36,691 bases of DNA from a virus, in IMG/VR virus record IMGVR_UViG_3300029203_000014. One strand, given 5' to 3'. Below the pieces are notes generated by a model. The model did not search any database. It saw nothing but the letters and a program-made list of their open reading frames with translations, and had not been told where the DNA came from. The position numbers and the translations under genes are program-made. Each line of letters starts with the position of its first letter. Within the stretch, counting starts at the first letter, position 1. Of this stretch, positions 32,667-36,691 are shown in pieces.

Positions 32667-34079
32667 ATGAGACTTTCAAACGAAGACGTTCTGCTTCACT
32701 GGCCCCTGGCCCAGCACATTATCACCGCAGGCTGGCTCTACAATGACGGCAGTCTGCACCGGGCGCTGGATTTCCGCGCGGCGGTGGGCACGCCCGTGTA
32801 CGCTGCGGAGGGTGGCATGGTGGAGACGGCCTACCGCTGGAACGGCAAGCGCACCCAGGGGGACATCAACAGCTATGGCAACATGGTCAAGCTGCGCCAC
32901 ACGACCTACAAGTACGGAGCCCTCGAAACCCTGTATGCCCATCTGAGCAAGCTCTGCGTGACCCAGGGTCAGCAGGTGCAGGAGGGTCAGCTGATCGGCT
33001 ACAGCGGCGATACCGGCAACTGTTACGGCGCACACCTGCATTTTGAGGTGCGCTGGAAAGGCCAGCGCACGAACCCGCTGAACTGGCTGGACAACGATTT
33101 TAGCACGGCCAGCAGTGCGGTCAAGCTGGGCAGCTACAGCAGCGTACAAAGCACAAGTACAAAGGAAGTGAAGCGTATGTATTATGCAATCGACGTATCG
33201 AAACACCAGGGCAAATTTGATTGGCAGGCAGCCTACAGCAAGGGCATCCGCCACGCCATGCTGCGCGCCGGGTATGGCCGTTACAGCAGCCAGGTTGACC
33301 CGCAGTTTGAGCGCAACGCAGCGGAGTGTGCCCGGCTGGGCATCCAGTACGGCGTGTACTGGTACAGCTACGCCAGTACCCCGGCGGAAGCCCGCCAGGA
33401 GGCCCGCTGCTGCCTGGCCGCGATCAAGGGCAAGCACCTGTGCCTGCCGGTGGCCTATGACATTGAGTATGAACAGTGCATTTTGCGCCTGACCAATGCG
33501 CAGCGCACGGCACTGGTGGCGGCGTTCCTGGGCGAGGTCGAGGCGGCTGGATACTACGGCATCCTGTATGCTAGCTGCAATTTTATTCGCAACTGCCTGG
33601 ACTACAAGGCGCTGTCCAAATACGATATCTGGGTTGCCCAGTATGGCAGCACATGCACCTGCCCCCTGCCGTATGGCATCTGGCAGTATTCCAGCCGCAA
33701 CGCGCTGGGCGTGCCCGGCTACGGCACCAGCCTGGACTGCAACCGCGTCTACAAGGATTATGAGCAGCTGATGATCCAGGCGGGCCTGCAGGGCCACACC
33801 GCGCCCACACCGGAGGATACCACCCCCAACAAGCTGGACAAGCAGCAAATCACCATTGGCCGTATCTCCAGCGGCGACCGCGCAACCATCCGCGCCCTGT
33901 GCGATGGGCTGGGACTGATCGCGGCGGGCCTGTACCGCGAAACCTGTGCGGATGGCAACCAGTGGATGCTGGACGTTGGGCCGGTATCCAGCGGCGACGC
34001 ATGGTACATCATGCGTAAGTGCGCAGAGCTGCAGCTGATTGACGCAGGGCTGTACAAGGCCGAGTATGTGGAGGAGTGA
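32667..34079 (+). CDS. Bifunctional endolysin: M23 peptidase + GH25 muramidase + two C-terminal repeats
   Basis: M23: HRALDFRAAVGTPVYAA...GNMVKLRH...YAHLS...GDTGNCYGAHLHFEV. GH25: YAIDVSKHQGKFDW...LRAGYG. Then two roughly 40-aa SSGD...AGLY repeats. Confidence 0.85.
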   Translation: MRLSNEDVLLHWPLAQHIITAGWLYNDGSLHRALDFRAAVGTPVYAAEGGMVETAYRWNGKRTQGDINSYGNMVKLRHTTYKYGALETLYAHLSKLCVTQGQQVQEGQLIGYSGDTGNCYGAHLHFEVRWKGQRTNPLNWLDNDFSTASSAVKLGSYSSVQSTSTKEVKRMYYAIDVSKHQGKFDWQAAYSKGIRHAMLRAGYGRYSSQVDPQFERNAAECARLGIQYGVYWYSYASTPAEARQEARCCLAAIKGKHLCLPVAYDIEYEQCILRLTNAQRTALVAAFLGEVEAAGYYGILYASCNFIRNCLDYKALSKYDIWVAQYGSTCTCPLPYGIWQYSSRNALGVPGYGTSLDCNRVYKDYEQLMIQAGLQGHTAPTPEDTTPNKLDKQQITIGRISSGDRATIRALCDGLGLIAAGLYRETCADGNQWMLDVGPVSSGDAWYIMRKCAELQLIDAGLYKAEYVEE

Positions 34080-34402
34080 CCGTGCTGGACTGGATCATCA
34101 GATACTGGGTGCAGTGGCTCTTCGGCCTGATCTGCGCCGCACTGCTGGCAGGCTACCGTCGCCTGGCCAAGCGGGTGAAGGAGCAGGAAGAGGAGCGCAA
34201 AGCCATTAAGGCCGGACTTCTGGCTATCCTGCACGACCGCCTGTATGCCGAGTGCTCCCGCTGCCTTGCGCAGGGCAGCATCGACACGGACGCCATGAGG
34301 AATCTGGAATACCTCTACCGCAGCTACCATGCCCTGGGCGGCAACGGCACAGGTACGGAGCTGTACAACCGCGCCAAGGCCCTGCCGATCAGAAACGATT
34401 GA
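34076..34402 (+). CDS. Membrane-anchored lysis-cassette protein
   Basis: 108 aa; GTGA overlap with the lysin stop; N-terminal TM (WVQWLFGLICAALLAGY) then ...LYRSYHALGGNGTGTELY...; between lysin and holin. Confidence 0.55.
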   Translation: MTVLDWIIRYWVQWLFGLICAALLAGYRRLAKRVKEQEEERKAIKAGLLAILHDRLYAECSRCLAQGSIDTDAMRNLEYLYRSYHALGGNGTGTELYNRAKALPIRND

Positions 34403-34437
34403 ACACCTACACAACAAACACATAGGAGGAAATCATC

Positions 34438-34713
34438 ATGGATTTTGCATCTTTTGGCATCGCATCCGTTGCCTGCATCACCGTTATCTGCTACCTTGCC
34501 GCAACGGCTGTCAAGCAGACCCCACTGGCAAATAAGTGGCTGCCGTCCATTTGCGGCGCCCTTGGCGGCCTGCTGGGTCTGGCCGCCATGTACATCAACG
34601 TGCCAGACTTCCCGGCAGGCGACCCATTGACAGCGCTGGCCGTGGGCATTGTTTCCGGCCTGGCTGCGACCGGCGCGGATCAGGTTATCAAGCAGGCAAG
34701 CAAAGACAACTGA
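34438..34713 (+). CDS. Holin
   Basis: 91 aa; AGGAGG SD; hydrophobic segments (FGIASVACITVICYLAA; WLPSICGALGGLLGLAAMYI; LTALAVGIVSGLAATG) and charged tail KQASKDN; adjacent to the lysin. Confidence 0.75.
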   Translation: MDFASFGIASVACITVICYLAATAVKQTPLANKWLPSICGALGGLLGLAAMYINVPDFPAGDPLTALAVGIVSGLAATGADQVIKQASKDN

Positions 34714-34750
34714 CCAGCAAGTTACCAGCAAGTTAAATAATCCATAATTA

Positions 34751-34805
34751 AAGCGGCGGGCTTTTCCTCATTTCAGGGATTGCCCGCCGCTTATTTTTTT
34801 TATTT
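34751..34805. terminator. Bidirectional terminator between the holin and the convergent cassette
   Basis: AAGCGGCGGGC/GCCCGCCGCTT 11-bp stem, 20-nt loop, followed by a long T run; the AP2 gene stop lies at 34800-34802. Confidence 0.8.
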
Positions 34806-35276
34806 TTGCTGGTCTTTTTGCGCATTGTACCACGTTAAAAACTCACCAAAGAGGCGCTGCTCTGCCTCTTTGCGGGCGGCAATGGCTTTATTTTTGTCGG
34901 CGCCGCAATACAGGTGGTACCGCTCCCCCTTAAAATAGATGTATGCGACATATTTTCCGTCTTTTCTGCACGACACACCGCGCACGCCTGTGGTGTTGTT
35001 CCGTTGGGCTTTGCTCGATGATATTCGGCTAACGTTGGTGCCGTCAACCTGCCCGAGCTTATCGGCAATGGGTTTGGTGGTCAGGTTGCGGTTTTTTATG
35101 CACCCGCAGCTGATCTGCTTGGAGTGGGCGATGGTACGGCTCGGCAGCTCCACGATTTTACCGCAGTTAAGGCAGCGGCAGCGGAAAACCCGGTTGCCGT
35201 CTTGCCTCTTCGCAGTCGGCTCGATAACGTACAGATAGCCAAATGTTTGCCCGGATAAATCCTTAAACGGCGGCAT
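34800..35276 (-). CDS. AP2-domain DNA-binding protein
   Basis: 158 aa. N-terminal L.GQTFGYLYVIE...RCRCLNCG...CGC zinc motif and AP2-like NTTGVRGVSCRKDGKYVAYIYFKGERYHLYCGADKNKAIAARKEAE. Confidence 0.65.
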   Translation of the reverse strand: MPPFKDLSGQTFGYLYVIEPTAKRQDGNRVFRCRCLNCGKIVELPSRTIAHSKQISCGCIKNRNLTTKPIADKLGQVDGTNVSRISSSKAQRNNTTGVRGVSCRKDGKYVAYIYFKGERYHLYCGADKNKAIAARKEAEQRLFGEFLTWYNAQKDQQK

Positions 35277-35279
35277 GGC

Positions 35280-35696
35280 TTAGCCCTCAAGGTAGGCACG
35301 TAGCGCAGCGCGTACAACTTCGCTGCGGTTGCCGCCGCCCGCAGTGACACGGGCGTCCAGCTTGTCCAGCAGCTCCTGCGGTAGCAGGACGTTGAGGCGG
35401 GCATCCTCTACCACCTCGCCAAACGCCGCCTCGTAGGTGTTGCCGTCAAGGTACTTCTCTGCCCACTCGCGGGCGGCGTCCTCGGTGATGGGGGTGATCT
35501 CCTCGCCCCAGCCCCAGTTGCCATCCTGTTTGGGGAAACCGTTGCCGTAGTTGTGTATAAAATACTTGCCCGCCTTGGTGCGGTATAAATCTTGTCCGCG
35601 ATAGTAGATGTCATTGGGCAAGAAATTGTTTTCGTGAACACCGAGCCGCTGGGCGGTTTCGGTGTTGTAGCGGCTGCCGTTGATGATCTTTTTCAT
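35280..35696 (-). CDS. Two-domain protein with C-terminal ribbon-helix-helix (CopG/Arc type)
   Basis: 138 aa. AAGGAG SD. N-terminal MKKIINGSRYNTETAQRLG...LYRTKAGKYFIH... domain common in Firmicutes mobile elements. C-terminal RLNVLLPQELLDKLDARV...RSEVVRAALRAYLEG. Confidence 0.6.
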   Translation of the reverse strand: MKKIINGSRYNTETAQRLGVHENNFLPNDIYYRGQDLYRTKAGKYFIHNYGNGFPKQDGNWGWGEEITPITEDAAREWAEKYLDGNTYEAAFGEVVEDARLNVLLPQELLDKLDARVTAGGGNRSEVVRAALRAYLEG

Positions 35697-35716
35697 GGTG
35701 TGGCTCCTTTTTTATA

Positions 35717-36148
35717 TTACATCTGCTTTGCGTCAAAAAGCGACGATACGGATACGATCTCAAAGGGGATTTCTTCGCGCTTGCCGGAGCTGGTCGGTGC
35801 GGTTATGGTCAGCGCCTGCAGCGCCTCGTCAATGGCTTGATCATAGTCGCCTGTCACGCGGATGGCGGGGACGAAGGCAAGGACCAGATCGATGTTGCCG
35901 TCCTTGGCTTTGTAGTCGGAGCGGATGCCGCCCGGCACAGCGTGGATGAAGTCGGGCAGGGAAACCGTCACGGCTTTGTGGTGCGGTATGCCTTTGGGTT
36001 CGTGACCTTCGTAGCTCCAGCCTTCCGGCAAGCGAAAGTTTCTGTAGGTGTCGTTCTGTACGGCGGTGAAATAGGCGTTTTCGGCGGGGGTGTAATTGCC
36101 GGTGCGGTGGGATGCCAAAGCGATGGTGATGATAATCTCGGTAGTCAT
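35717..36148 (-). CDS. Hypothetical protein, first gene of the cassette (143 aa)
   Basis: AAAGGAGA SD. No confident family. The segment DGNIDLVLAFVPAIRVTGDYDQAIDEALQAL is faintly HicB/UPF0150-like. Confidence 0.55.
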   Translation of the reverse strand: MTTEIIITIALASHRTGNYTPAENAYFTAVQNDTYRNFRLPEGWSYEGHEPKGIPHHKAVTVSLPDFIHAVPGGIRSDYKAKDGNIDLVLAFVPAIRVTGDYDQAIDEALQALTITAPTSSGKREEIPFEIVSVSSLFDAKQM

Positions 36149-36201
36149 AGTGTTTTCTCCTTTGTTTGTGTGGGGTGTTTCGTATCTCTTATGTTGTACT
36201 T

Positions 36202-36230
36202 ATTATAGCACAGATAATATTTAATGTCAA
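36202..36230 (-). promoter_or_regulatory. Consensus promoter of the three-gene cassette (proximal)
   Basis: Minus strand TTGACA (36230-36225), 17 nt, TATAAT (36207-36202); about 47-nt leader to ATG 36148. Confidence 0.75.
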
Positions 36231-36234
36231 TGCG

Positions 36235-36263
36235 TATTTACAAAAAATATTATTTTATGTCAA
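36235..36263 (-). promoter_or_regulatory. Second, distal promoter candidate of the cassette
   Basis: Minus strand TTGACA (36263-36258), 17 nt, TAAATA (36240-36235); the ATTGACAT box is repeated 33 bp from the proximal one. Confidence 0.5.
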
Positions 36264-36274
36264 TAGGAGACTTT

Positions 36275-36484
36275 GCCGCCACCGCGGTCAAGCAGACCCC
36301 GCTGGCCAACAAATGGCTGCCGTCCATCTGCGGCGCCCTTGGCGGCCTGCTGGGCCTGGCCGCCATGTACATCAACGTGCCGGATTTTCCCGCCACTGAT
36401 CCCCTGACCGCCCTGGCCGTGGGCATTGTTTCCGGCCTGGCTGCGACCGGCGCGGATCAGATCATTAAGCAGGCGAGCAAGTAA
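36275..36484 (+). pseudogene. 5'-truncated second holin copy (lacks the first 20 codons / TM1)
   Basis: Codons 21-89 of holin 34438-34713 align without gaps. 180/207 nt are identical and 67/69 aa identical. No SD or in-frame canonical start at the homology boundary (about 36270). Confidence 0.7.
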
Positions 36485-36488
36485 GCCA

Positions 36489-36531
36489 AAAAGGGCCACT
36501 AGGCATTGCGCCTAGTGGCCCTTTTACTTTT
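36489..36531. terminator. Bidirectional terminator
   Basis: AAAAGGGCCACTAGG/CCTAGTGGCCCTTTT 15-bp stem, 7-nt loop, T runs follow on both strands. Confidence 0.8.
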
Positions 36532-36598
36532 TAGCGAACGATTGATAGTTCTGCGGCAATCAAGCCGTAATCAAGGACTGTAATCGTTTCGCATATGG

Positions 36599-36691
36599 AT
36601 GGCAGGGGTAGAAGGATTCGAACCCTCGGCACGCGGTTTTGGAGACCGCTGCTCTACCAACTGAGCTATGCCCCTATGTAAAAAGCCCACA
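36599..36691. repeat. Right copy of the 93-nt terminal direct repeat
   Basis: Identical to 1-93; runs to the last base of the window. Confidence 0.95.
36600..36675 (-). tRNA. tRNA-Trp (CCA), second copy or the same gene seen twice
   Basis: Sequence identical to 2-77. Confidence 0.9.

Noticed and set aside
32676-33848. 390-aa minus-strand ORF opposite the endolysin
   Set aside because: It is antisense to a gene with clear M23 and GH25 motifs and has no recognisable motifs itself. It is a shadow ORF. The same reasoning applies to 23439-24368 (opposite the tape measure), 10301-11143 (opposite PcfJ) and 7773-8498 (opposite Rep).
36224-36274. Treating 36224-36484 as an intact 86-aa gene
   Set aside because: Its first 17 codons lie in the AT-rich promoter region of the opposite-strand cassette. 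They have no SD and no homology to the holin N-terminus. Homology starts abruptly near 36270, so it was called a truncated remnant.

Overview
The window is essentially one complete temperate siphovirus-type phage genome of about 36.6 kb. It is GC-rich and uses Gram-positive-style GGAGG ribosome-binding sites. The first 93 nt are identical to the last 93 nt and contain a whole tRNA-Trp. The window is therefore either a prophage bounded by direct repeats or a circularly closed phage contig; the only recombinase is a large serine recombinase, which favours the second reading. Gene order, left to right: a minus-strand tRNA operon (Asp-Thr-Trp) with a consensus promoter; a frameshifted small ORF; the serine integrase; a DUF4177-like gene; an XRE repressor; a roughly 600-bp switch region; about 12 translationally coupled early ORFans; an HUH rolling-circle Rep; a PcfK-like/PcfJ-like pair; a DUF3102-like protein; and a putative late regulator followed by an intrinsic terminator. 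The late operon follows: HNH, TerS, TerL, portal, MuF, scaffold, capsid, connectors, major tail protein, G/GT chaperones with an A_AAA_AAC slip site, tape measure, Dit/Tal, a modular fibre cluster, an M23+GH25 endolysin and a holin. Last comes a minus-strand three-gene cassette followed by a 5'-truncated second holin copy. Most interesting observations: (1) 23-bp perfect inverted repeats bracket a 181-bp segment holding a complete SD plus 44-codon micro-ORF inside the long leader of the early operon, between face-to-face promoters. This is a candidate invertible switch or RNase III element. (2) A 24-nt sequence in that leader recurs, with 1 mismatch, inside the 3' end of the integrase gene, so the two RNAs are complementary. 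(3) The MuF head protein carries an AT-rich foreign C-terminal module with a RadC/JAB-like E...HNHP...S..D motif, followed by a very acidic micro-ORF. (4) The three-gene cassette (unknown, RHH, AP2) is driven by tandem consensus promoters in the lysis-to-genome-end hotspot and is flanked by diverged holin copies. (5) An intrinsic terminator sits directly in front of the late operon, implying antitermination. All functional calls come from motif recognition by eye; no database search was run.
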